Shown here: positions 1 through 10,000 of the stretch, in pieces
Numbering within the stretch: position 1 is the stretch's first letter
How the letters are laid out: each line of letters begins with the position of its first letter
Source of the DNA: Paraspadella gotoi
Lineage: Eukaryota > Animalia > Chaetognatha
Length of the DNA stretch: 12,445 nt
NCBI GenBank assembly: GCA_051294375.1
Contig: JBJCIZ010000472.1
Coordinates: 1 to 12,445 of the forward strand
Direction: 5' to 3'
Translations under genes and position numbers: made by a program
The notes under the pieces: model-generated
What the model saw: only the letters and a program-made list of their open reading frames with translations
Databases searched by the model: none
What the model was told of the DNA's origin: nothing

Positions 1-79
1 AGCAGGAAAAAATAAAAAAAAAGAGCGGGAGCTATGACGTAAAACGGAACATGTGTGATAATTGAGACACACCTGATTA

Positions 80-1885
80 GTCGAGCAGACTCGAGAAACA
101 AGAGAGAATAATAATATCCTGAGAGCCACAAATTACTGACGTGGACATCGACCGCTCTACATCTTATCGGCTAAAATGGTTAGGCGTCAAACATTGAGCA
201 TAACGTCGGCCTGCGCTAAATCCTCTCGCCTGGACCGGATGCGAAAGCCTGCGCGTCCCAGTATCATGTACCTGACCGCAAAAGTGGCAATGAGGGATCA
301 TGTCTTGTAGCCGTCGACAGAGTAAAACGGGACTCCCTGCGTACTTGTCTGCCACCTGTATCGCGGGAGCCGGTGCAGCGGCCGTTTGAGTCGCTGCTGT
401 ACCCGGCTAACAGCCGGATAAATCGGCCGTTGTGCTGTACACTAGCACAGTCCAGCTTCCGGGGAAGGGGCGCCGGGGGCGCGTCTTCGCACCCTTGCTT
501 TTCGGCTGCTCTTTTTCTTCTCTTTTTCTTTTGTGGCTTTGGTGAACGGGTCGGTGCGTACGGAATGAAATCGAAGAATTGTTGTTTGTCTTCTTCCGTT
601 CTCCGTCGCGCCCCACCGTCGTCGACGGGACTGTGAGCTGGCGTTCCCGCAAACCCGCGCCACCGAGCCGTCGCTTGCTTTTTTCTTTTGTAAAAAACCG
701 ATTCACCGGCGACTAGTTGAGTTTTGAGGAATTCCGATTCAATTCTCTGAAGCAGGAATTTTCGGCCGTTCTGAACGATCGAGTGAAGAAGTTTTCTCTG
801 GCGAATTTTCTGTCCATGCTGCGAAATTTGGTCGAGAGATTTCTGAGATGACCGCGTCGCGCGATTGTAAGTCACGTAAGTCGTGCCTTTGCCTCGCCGC
901 GATGCCGCGATGTTTCGAGCGCCGTAATCGTCCCGTCGATCCTCCTGTGTGCGTCCACTCCTTGCCGCGAAAAATAAGAAAAAAAACCAAAATTCTCTTT
1001 AACATTTCTATGAGGCGAGGCCGTCGGTCGTCCATTCGTTGTGAGCATCGCGATGGTTCGTCTACTGCGGCCGAATAGCTGTGCGATGTGAAGTACTTTT
1101 GTATTTGAGACGGACGAGCGCTGACAATGACTAGCTTCCGGTACTGCATTTGTGGTGTGACGGCGGGCTGAGCATCGCCGCCTCCACTGTCTCATGGTGA
1201 ATCTCGAAGCACAACTTATTCGATCGCACCCTCGTGTCCTGAACATTTCCTCAGGTCGAAGGTCCTTTAGCAGTACGAATTTGTCGACTTATGATTTGCG
1301 AGGTAGATATTGCTGTAGTCGAAATCATTCTCCGGCGGGGGAGCCCCAAGCGGGCCGCCTCCCAGGAGCCGCCCCCACCGTATCCTTTGAGCGCTGAGGT
1401 GTGCGCATGTTCCTCTTGTATCTGTCGAATTGTTCTGATAGTTGGGCTATTGTTTGTTTTGCGTCGATCGCCTGAATCCTCTGCGAATGTTTCTTTGCGA
1501 CAAGAATCGTGGATGAGGTGAGGCGAGGCGGATAGTCAGAGTCCGCAGGGAGTGTTGCCGGTGGAGAAGGGGCCCTTCTATTCGTCGGCTGCGTTCTCGA
1601 GCTGGGCGACCCAGAAATCGTAACCATTCTCATCAACCGTAGCCTCGAAGTTCCTCTGAGATTCCCCTTTCGAGTCTCCACTTGCTCTCGTTCGATCTCA
1701 TGAGGCTGCGACTTGTTGTTGAGCGATCAATTTCTATCGCAGATATATCTCTCGTCAACAGTAGTCAGATCGCCATGCGACGGGCTGTTTCGGCTGAAAG
1801 GTCCGGCTCCTCTCCAGGCAAAGCCGTTCAAACCGCGGCTAGTTCGACAGACCCTCTCGGCCGGAGACCGGCGTTCGCGCCGACC
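80..1885 (-). pseudogene. Frameshifted continuation of the gag-like ORF (sequencing indels or decay)
   Basis: Protein-like segments alternate between frames: FEATVDENGYDFWVAQLENAADE (~1575-1650), RIQAIDAKQTIAQLSEQFDRYKRNMR (~1400-1485), VDKFVLLKDLRPEEMF (~1240-1290), QMQYRKLV..QIQKYFTSHSYSAAVD (~1060-1150), DAHRRIDGTITALET (~910-960), LLHSIVQNGRKFLLQRIESEFLKTQL (~715-790). The overlapping listed ORFs at 264-875, 739-1149, 872-1246 and 1325-1681 are fragments of this. Confidence 0.6.
85..290 (-). other. Cluster of three degenerate zinc-knuckle motifs
   Basis: CHFCGQVH (289-266); LC-QCLTPNHFS-RC (~203-158, needs indel corrections); ..ICGSQD..ILSC (~135-97, incomplete). Matches the CxxC-H-C triple knuckle arrangement at the end of BEL/Pao gag. 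Confidence 0.6.
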
Positions 1886-2989
1886 TCAGCGGAATCGACC
1901 AGGCGCCGGCAACACAGGGAAGGTCGGCGCCGGTCCCGAGATGACCGCCGGCGCTTGTGAAGCGTTTGGAACTCGTCGTAAACGTGTCTCTTCCGCTAAT
2001 CGATCAGCTGCAGTTTCCCTGGCAGCTCGAAGACGTCGTCGAGCTGACTGCCTCTCGGCAGCTTGTCGCAATCGATCATTTTCTTCCTGCAACATTATCA
2101 TTTCTTTCTCTAAGTCTTCTTCGGTGCGTGCGGCTCTAGCTTTATCGTTAACTGCCCTCTGCACTGCCTCTTCAAGCACGCGTTGCTGCTCGTCAGCAAA
2201 GCTGACGGGAGGTAGAGTGGTCGTTGCTGCAGAGGTGGTGTGTATAATTGTGGAGGTGACCACGGTAGGAGTCGCGGTCGCCGTCGCCACTGTAGCCATT
2301 GTTCTCACCATCGGTGCGGTCGTCGCCCCGGAAGTCGGGTTCATGGGCAGGACCGGCGCAAAGGCGCTCGTATAGGTCCCTTGTCGCGGCGACCGTTCAA
2401 TTAAATCGGACGTGGGAAGAGTCATGAAGGCCGTCTGGAATAGGGGAGGTGCCGTAACCGAGGACCTCAAGCGACGGGCAATCGGAACCTGATCATCCGT
2501 CGACGTCGTCGCCGCCCCTCCCACGGTCATCGTCGAGCGTCCACTACTGCTCCTTCCTCTCCCTACGACCGGCATTGTAGGGTCGGGGGGGAGGAGATAC
2601 GGGGATCCAGCCCGAGAGCTAGGGCCGGAGGCAGGATCAGCAATAATAGTATCATCATTCGAAACCGCTAAATGCGGCGGAAATTTTGGATTTTCGCGCA
2701 AAGCGTCTCTTACCCGATCAATTCCTCGTGATAACACATGCGTATTTCTCAGCCTATGTTCTCCCGCGAGAAGCATCGCCTCTTGCCTCTTAATTTCCAG
2801 CGCCTCTCTCATACTGTTGGCAGACGTACGATCCGCTGACGTTCCCGTCTCAACGGCCCTGTTGAAGAGGCCTTGAAATGTGTGCCGGAGACATTCGAGC
2901 TGTTCGGCAAACTCGTCTGGACCGATTCCATCTGCTTCATTCTGAGCGGCGCCGTTAGTCGGAGGAGCCGATGCCATCGTGTAGACCAT
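1886..2989 (-). CDS. Uninterrupted 367-aa N-terminal part of gag-like protein (Ser/Thr/Pro-rich linker, then coiled coil)
   Basis: Longest ORF in the window. It starts exactly at the AT-rich/GC-rich boundary (ATG at 2989, or second ATG at 2977, MASAPP). It contains TMATVATATATPTVVTSTIIHTTSAATTT and the charged helix EQQRVLEEAVQRAVNDKARAARTEEDLEKEMIMLQEENDRLRQAAERQ. The TGA at 1886 probably results from an indel, since protein-like text continues in another frame (VDSAEVGANAGLRPRGSVELAA). Confidence 0.7.
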   Translation of the reverse strand: MVYTMASAPPTNGAAQNEADGIGPDEFAEQLECLRHTFQGLFNRAVETGTSADRTSANSMREALEIKRQEAMLLAGEHRLRNTHVLSRGIDRVRDALRENPKFPPHLAVSNDDTIIADPASGPSSRAGSPYLLPPDPTMPVVGRGRSSSGRSTMTVGGAATTSTDDQVPIARRLRSSVTAPPLFQTAFMTLPTSDLIERSPRQGTYTSAFAPVLPMNPTSGATTAPMVRTMATVATATATPTVVTSTIIHTTSAATTTLPPVSFADEQQRVLEEAVQRAVNDKARAARTEEDLEKEMIMLQEENDRLRQAAERQSARRRLRAARETAADRLAEETRLRRVPNASQAPAVISGPAPTFPVLPAPGRFR

Positions 2990-3016
2990 GCAAAAAAGGG
3001 AGAAAATAGGTTAATA
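2987..3016 (-). promoter_or_regulatory. Possible 3' splice-acceptor-like tract directly upstream of gag start
   Basis: The minus strand reads ATTAAC-CTATTTTCTCCCTTTTTT-GCATG-GTCTACACGATG: a branch-like TTAAC and a pure pyrimidine tract. It becomes a canonical GCAG|G only if one T is an insertion error. Confidence 0.3.
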
Positions 3017-6000
3017 TTATATGTATGAAATTATACTCAATACAAATTTCTATCTCAACTTCTGTATTCTAATATCGTAATTTATAAATAAATAAAAAAT
3101 AATAAATTAAAACACTTAAATCAAAAACGTTAATACTTTGCAATAAATCTCATCAGGAGTGTTGTTAAATTTGGCGGGAGTACTTTGATGCCAAAGTTTA
3201 GGTATGCGGTGTGTAGACTAGTTATTTTTTTTAAATTTTCTTCTTTTTTATCAAACAAACAAAATTTCTCCTCTTTATTTTTGTTTTCTCCCTTCTTCTC
3301 TCTCTTTTTCTTATAATTTAATTTATGTGCTTAGCTTCTCTCTACCTCTCAAATGATAAAAACGTTAAATACACCAGAAAACGACTTTTTTTCTAGCTAA
3401 AAAGATATGAAAACTTTTTAAAAATAAACCAGGGGGAAAAAACGATTTATTTTTCAATGTAAAAGAAATAAAAACTTAAAAAAAAAAAACGGCAAACGTT
3501 TTGTCCAATGTAAAAAAATATTAAAAAACACCGATAACGACTTCTAAAGTACTTCTTCTAACTGTAAAAGTGATAATTAAAACGTTAATACAGCCGGCAG
3601 ATCAGACGATATTTCCAAAGGATACAGCAGACCGAATATTTCCAAAAGATGAACACAAACTTTTAAAAACAAAGAAAACCTTTTTCAATGTAAAAAGAGA
3701 ATAAAAATTATCTTAAAACACGGAGAAAACGATATTTTCAAAAAACAAAGACAATTAAAAACGTTAAATACTTCTGCAAATAACATCATCGAGGTTTAGT
3801 TATTAAAATTGCGTAGAGCGACATGTTAATAAATATCTTTTTGTATTCAAATAACAATTACCGAATTTGCCTCTTTTATTTTTTTTGTATTGCGTTTTTT
3901 GTGTATTTAGTCTCCTCTCTCTCTCTTTTCGTTTTAATTTTTATGTAGCTTTCTTTCAACTGCTCCAAAAGAATATTATTAAAAAAATAGAGAAAAAAAC
4001 CGATTTTTTTTTTAAATACACCAGAGAAAGGATGGAGGAAGGAAAAAAAAATAAAATTAAAAAATAAAAAAAACGTTTTAAACCCCACCAGGAAGAAAGG
4101 AAAGACGACTTTTTCTCTGTTTAAAGATATGAACTTTAAAAATGAACAGTGACGGGGGGAAAACGATTTTCCAATTGCTTAAAAAGAAATAAACACTTAA
4201 AAAAAAACGAGCAACCAACGTTTTTTCCAATGTAAAGACGTTAAAACACGAAACCGATTAACGAGCGTTTCTAAAGTAAAAAGTCTGAATATAAAAACTG
4301 TTTTTTAAATACAGCGGCAAGACGAATTTTTCCAAAGACGATAAACAACGTTTTTAAAAACAAACGAAAAACCTTTTTCCAATGTAAAAAAGAGATAAAA
4401 AATTCTAAAACACCGGAAAACGTATTTTTAAAGAAAAAAGAAATAAAACGTTAAATACTTCTGCCAAATAACATCATCGAGGTTGTTAAAATTGGGTGAG
4501 GGACAGTTATTAAAGTATCTTTTTATCAAAACAACCAAATTGTCCTTTCTTTTATTTTTATGTTCTTCTCTCTCTCTAATTTCTCTTTGAATTTTATGTA
4601 GCATTTCTCTCACTCTCAATAGATAAAACGTTTTAAATACCAGAAAACGACTTTTCTCTTGTAAAAGATATATGTGAAAACTTTAAAAATAAACAGAAAA
4701 CGAGTTTTGTCCAATGTAAAAAGAATTTAAAAAACTTAGAAAAAAAAATACGGCAAGTTTTTCCAAGTAAAAAGAGTTAAAACACCGATAACGAACTTTT
4801 CTAATGAAAAACTAATAAAAACGTTAACATACACGGCAGAGACATTTCCAAAGAGGATAACAACTTTAAAACAAGAAAAACGCTTCTTTCCAACTGTAAA
4901 AAGAGTACAATTTCTAAAACACGGAAAACGATATTTCTCAAATAAAAGAAATTAAAAACGTTATAATTATTCTGAAATAACATCTCCGAGGTTAGTTTAA
5001 AATTGTCGGTGGGACGGTGAGGACAGATTATTTAAATATCTTTCTTATATCAAACAAACAATTTCCTCTTTTTGATTTTTATGTGCTCCTTCTCTCATTC
5101 TTTTCTCTTTAATTTTATGTATAGCTTTTCTTCCCTCTCAAAAGATTTAAAAACGCTTAAATTACACCAGGAATACGACTTTTTTCTATGCTAAAAAGAT
5201 ATGAAAAACTTTAAAATAACAGAAAACGATCTTTTTCATGTAAAAGAATAAAACTTTTAAAAAAAAAAACGGCAACGTTTTTTCCAATGTAAAAAAATTA
5301 TTAAAAAAAACCGAAATAAACGACTTTTTAAGTAAAACGTATAAAAACGTTAAATTACAGCGGCAGACGATATTTCAAGGAATAACACTTTAAAACAAAG
5401 AAAAAACGCTTTTTCCAATGTTAAAAAGAGATAAAAATTTCTAACACTCGGAGGAAAACGATTATTTTCAACAGAAAAAAGAAATAAAACTTTTTAAATA
5501 CTTCTGCCCAAATAACATATCGAGGTTGTTATATTGGTGTTGAGGACAGTTATTAAATATCTTTTTATCAACAAACCAATTTGCCTTCTCTTTTATTTAT
5601 GTCTCCTTCTCTCTCTCTTTTCTCTTTAATTTTATGTAGCTTTCTTCACTCTCAAAAAGATTAAAAACGTTAAATACACCAGATAACGACCTTTTTCTCG
5701 TGTAAAAAGATAGAAAACTTTTAAAAATAACAGAAAACGATATTTTTTCCAATGTAAAAAGAAATAAAACTTAAAAAAAACGGCAAACGTTTTTCACAAT
5801 GTAAAAGAGTTAAAAAACATCCGATAAACGATGTTCCTAAAGTAAAAAGTGATGAAAAACGTTATGATACAGCGCAGACGATATTTTTCAAAAGAGATAA
5901 CACTTTTATAAAAACAAAGAAAACCTTTTCCAATGTAAAAGAGAGTAAAAAATTTCTAAAACACCGCGCAAAAACGATAGAGTATTTAAAGAAAAAAGAA

Positions 6001-7058
6001 ATGAAAACTTTAAATACTATCTGCAAATAACATCATCGAGGTTGTTAAAATGAGGTGAGGACAGTTATTAAATATCTTTTTATCAAAACAAACAATTTCT
6101 CTCTTTTATTTTATGTCTCCTTCTGCTCTCTCTTTTCTCTTTATTTTTATCATAGCTTTCTCTCACTCTCAATAGATGTAAAAACGATTTAAATAACACC
6201 AGAAAACGACTATTTCTCTGCCCTAAAAAGATATGAAAACTTTAAAAATAACAGAAAACGATTTTTTTCAATGCTTAAAAAGAAATTAAAAACTTTTAAA
6301 AAAACGGCAAAATGTTTTTCCAATGTAAAAAAAGTATAAAAAAAACCACTGATAAACGACTTTTCTAAAGTAAAAAGTGAGAAAAACGTTAAATACATGC
6401 GGCAGACGATATTTCCAAAGAGAGAAACAACTTTAAAAACAAAGGAAAACCCTTTTTCCAATGTAAAAAGGATAAAAATTTTTTTTAAAACACCGGGAAA
6501 ACGATATTTTTTCAAAGAAAAAAGAAATTAAAAACGTTTAAAATACTTCTGCAAATAACATCATCGAGGTTGCTTAAAATTGTTTGAGGACAGTTATAAA
6601 TATCTTTTATTCAACAAACAAATTCCTCTCTTTTATTTTTTGTCTCCTTCTTCTCTCTCTTTTCTCTTTATTTTTATGTAGCTTTCTCTCACGTCTCAAT
6701 GATAAAAACGTTAAATACACCAGAAACGACTTTTTCTCTGTAAAAAGATATGAACACTTTAAAAAATACAGAAAACGATTTTTTTCCAATGTAAAAGGCA
6801 ATAAAACTTTAAAAAAAATAATGGCAACGTTTTTTCATGTAAAAGAGTATATATAAAACACCGAATAACGACTTTTCTAAATTAAAGTAATAAAACTTAA
6901 ATACCACGGACAGACGACATTTCCAAGAGATAACAACTTTAAAAACAAAGAAAAAGCTTTTCCAATGTAAAAGAGGATAAAATTTCTAACAACACCGGAA
7001 AACGATATTTTCAAGAAAAAAGAAATTAAAAACGTTAAATACCTTCTGCAAATAACAT

Positions 7059-10000
7059 CATCGAGGTTTGTTAAAATTGGTGTGAGGACAGTATTAAATA
7101 TCTTTTTTCATCAAAACAAACAAATTGTCCTCTCTTTGTATTTTTATGTCTCCTTCTCTCCTTCTTTCTCTTTAATTTTTATGTAGCTTTCTCTCACTCT
7201 CAAAGATAAAAACGTTAAATACACCAGAAAACGACTTTTTTCTAAGCTAAAAAGATATGAAACTTTAAAAATAACAGAAAACGATTTTTTCAATGTAAAA
7301 AGAAATAAAAACTTAAAAAAAAAAACGGCGAAACGTTTTTATCCAATGTAACAACAATAATTAAAACAAGCCCGATAATACGAGCTTTTCTTAAAGTAAA
7401 AGTGATAAAGAACGTTAATGAAGCGGCAGACGATATTTCCAAAAGATAACAACTTTTTAAAACAACGAAAAAAAACGCTTTTACTCCAAGTTTAAAAGAG
7501 ATAAAAATTTCCTAAACCACCGGAAACGCATACTTTTCACAAGAAAAAAGAAAAAAGAAATGTAAAAAACGCTTAAAATACTTCTGACGCAAATCAACAT
7601 CATCGAGGTTGCTTAAATTGGGTGAGGACGTTATAAATTCTTTTATCAAAACAAACAAACTTTCCTCTCTTTTATTTCTTATGTCTCCTTCTCTCTCTCT
7701 TTTCCTTTAATTTTATGTGCTTTCTTTTCACTCTCAAAAGATTAAAAACGTTTTAATACACCAGAAAACGACTTTTTCTCTGTAAAGATATGAAAACTTT
7801 AAAGAATAACAGAAACGAGTTGTTTCAATAGTGTAAAAGAAATATAAAAACTTAAAAAAAAAACGGCAAACGTTTTTTCCAATGTAAAAAGTTAAAAAAC
7901 ACCGATAAAGACTTTTCTAAAGTAAAAAGTGATAAAAACGTTAAATACAGCAGCAGACGATATTTCCAAAGATGATACAAACTTTTAAAAAAGCAAAACG
8001 CTTTTTCATCGAAAAGAGATAAAAAATTTCTTTTTAAAATCACCGGGAAAACGATATTTTTAAAGAAAAAAAAAATAAAAACGTTAAATACTTCTGCAAT
8101 AACATTCCGAGGTTGGAAAAATTGGTGGTCGAGGACGTTATTAATATCTTTTTATCAAAACAGAAACAAATTTCTCTCTCTTTTATTTTTATTTCTCCTT
8201 CCTCGGCTCTCTTTTCTCTTTATTTTTATGTAGCTTTCTCTCACTCTCAATAGATAAAAAACGTTAAAACACCAGAAACGACTTTTCTCTGTAAAAAGAT
8301 ATGAAAACTTTAAAAATAACAGAAAACGATTTTTTTCCAATGCTAAAAGAAATTAAAAACTTAAAAAAATACGCAAACGTTTGTTCGAATGTCAACAGTA
8401 AAAACACCGATAAACGACTTTTCTAAATTAAAAAGTGAATAAAAACGGTTAAATAACCGGCAGACACGATTTCCAACAGAGATAACAACCTTTACAAAAC
8501 AAAGAAAAACGCTTTTTCCAATGCTAAAGAAGATAAAAAATTTCTAAAACACCGGAAACGAATTTATCAAAGAAAAAAGAAAAAAAACGTTAAATACTTC
8601 TGCAAATAACATTCATCGAGGTGTTTGTTGAAAATTGCCGATAGAAAACGTTGAGACAGTTATTAATTATGCTTTTTTTTTTTTTTTTTTTCTTTTTTTA
8701 TCAACAAAAATTTCTCTCTTTTATTTTTTATGTCTCCTTCTCTCTCTCTTCTACTTAATTTTATGTAGCTTCTCTCACTCTCAAAAGATTAAAAACGATT
8801 AAAATACACCAGAAAACGACCTGTTTTCTAGCTAAAAAGATATGAAAACTTTAAAATGATGAACAGAAAACGATTTTTTTCAATGGTAAAAAGAAATAAA
8901 AACTTAAAAAAAAAACGGCAAACGTTTTTTCCACTGTAAAAAATATTACAACAAACAGCCGGAACATAAACGACTCTTTCTAAATAAAAGTGATAAAACT
9001 TATAATACAGCGGCCCAGACGATATTCAAAGATGATAACAACTTTAAAAACAAAGAAAAACGCTTTTTCCAATGCTAAAAAGAGATTAAAAATTTCTTAA
9101 AACCCTGGAAAACGTATTTATCAAAGAAAAAGAAATTAAAACGTTAATACTTCTGCCAAATCAACATCATCGAGGTTGTTAAATTGGGGTGAGGACAGTA
9201 TTAAATATTCTTTTATCAAAACAAAAACCAAAATTCACTCTCTTTTATTTTATGTCTCCTTCCTCTCTCTTTTCTCTTTATTTTAATGTAGCTTTCTTTC
9301 ACTCTCAAAAGATAAAAAAACGTTAAATACACAGAAAACGACTTTTCTCTGTAAAAAGATATGAAACTTTAAAATAACAGAAAACGACTTTTTTCCAATG
9401 TAAAAAGAAATAATAACTTAAAAAAAAAAACTCGGCAGAACGTTTTGTTGGTCCAATGCTAAAGGTTAAAAAAACAGCCCGGATAAACGAACTTTTTAAA
9501 GTTAAAACGTGATAAAAACGGTATAAATACAGCGGCAGACGATATTTCCAAAGAGATGAACAACTTTAAAACAAAGAAAAAAACGCTTTGTCAATGTAAA
9601 AAGAGATAAAAATTTCTAAAACACCGGGAAAACGATATTTTAAAGAAAAAAGAATAAAAAACTTAAATCTTTGCAAATACATCATCGAGGTTGTTAAAAT
9701 TGGGGGTGATGGGTGGACAGTTATTAATATCCTTTTATTATCAAAACAAAAAATTTCTCTCTTTTATTTTTATGTCTCCTTCCTCTTCTCTTTTCTCTTT
9801 ATATTTATGTAGCTTGTCTCACGTCTCAATAGATAAAACGTTTAAATACACCAGGAAACGACTTTTTCTCTGTCAAAAGATATGAAAAACTTTAAAGAAT
9901 AACAGAAAACGATTTTGTTCCATGTTAAAAGAAATAACTTTAAAAAAAATACGGCAAACCGTTTTTCCAATGTAAAAAGAGTTAAAAAACACGATAAACG

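Larger units (their letters stand above)
1..2989 (-). mobile_element. Gag region of a probable BEL/Pao-like LTR retrotransposon (pol and LTRs not in window)
   Basis: Minus-strand coding-like sequence runs ~2.9 kb: a long low-complexity/coiled-coil N-terminus, a helical core at ~700-1260 loosely recalling the DUF1759 region (..QMQYRKL..SHSYSAAVD..RLIEMLKRI), and three clustered Cys/His knuckles at ~85-290. Three C-terminal knuckles are the known BEL/Pao gag layout. The family call is by eye, with no HMM search. Confidence 0.6.

Noticed and set aside
1682-2375. Plus-strand ORFs (220 aa, 92 aa, 60 aa)
   Set aside because: Antisense shadows of the GC-rich minus-strand gag. The Val/Ala run mirrors the Thr/Ala run.
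2974-2990. LTR end plus primer-binding site (CA-TGGTCTACAC on minus strand)
   Set aside because: Beyond TGG I recognise no tRNA 3'-end complement, and no LTR-like sequence lies upstream.
3182-3222. Helitron-like 3' end (ACTTTG-atgc-CAAAGT hairpin then CTAG)
   Set aside because: The stem is only 6 bp and AT-rich, and CTAG is a one-base insertion in the monomer consensus GACAGTT.
8673-8699. 19-nt poly-T as a retroposed poly(A) tail
   Set aside because: It coincides with a T5-6 run in other monomers and has no accompanying insert or TSD. A homopolymer expansion or overcall is more likely.
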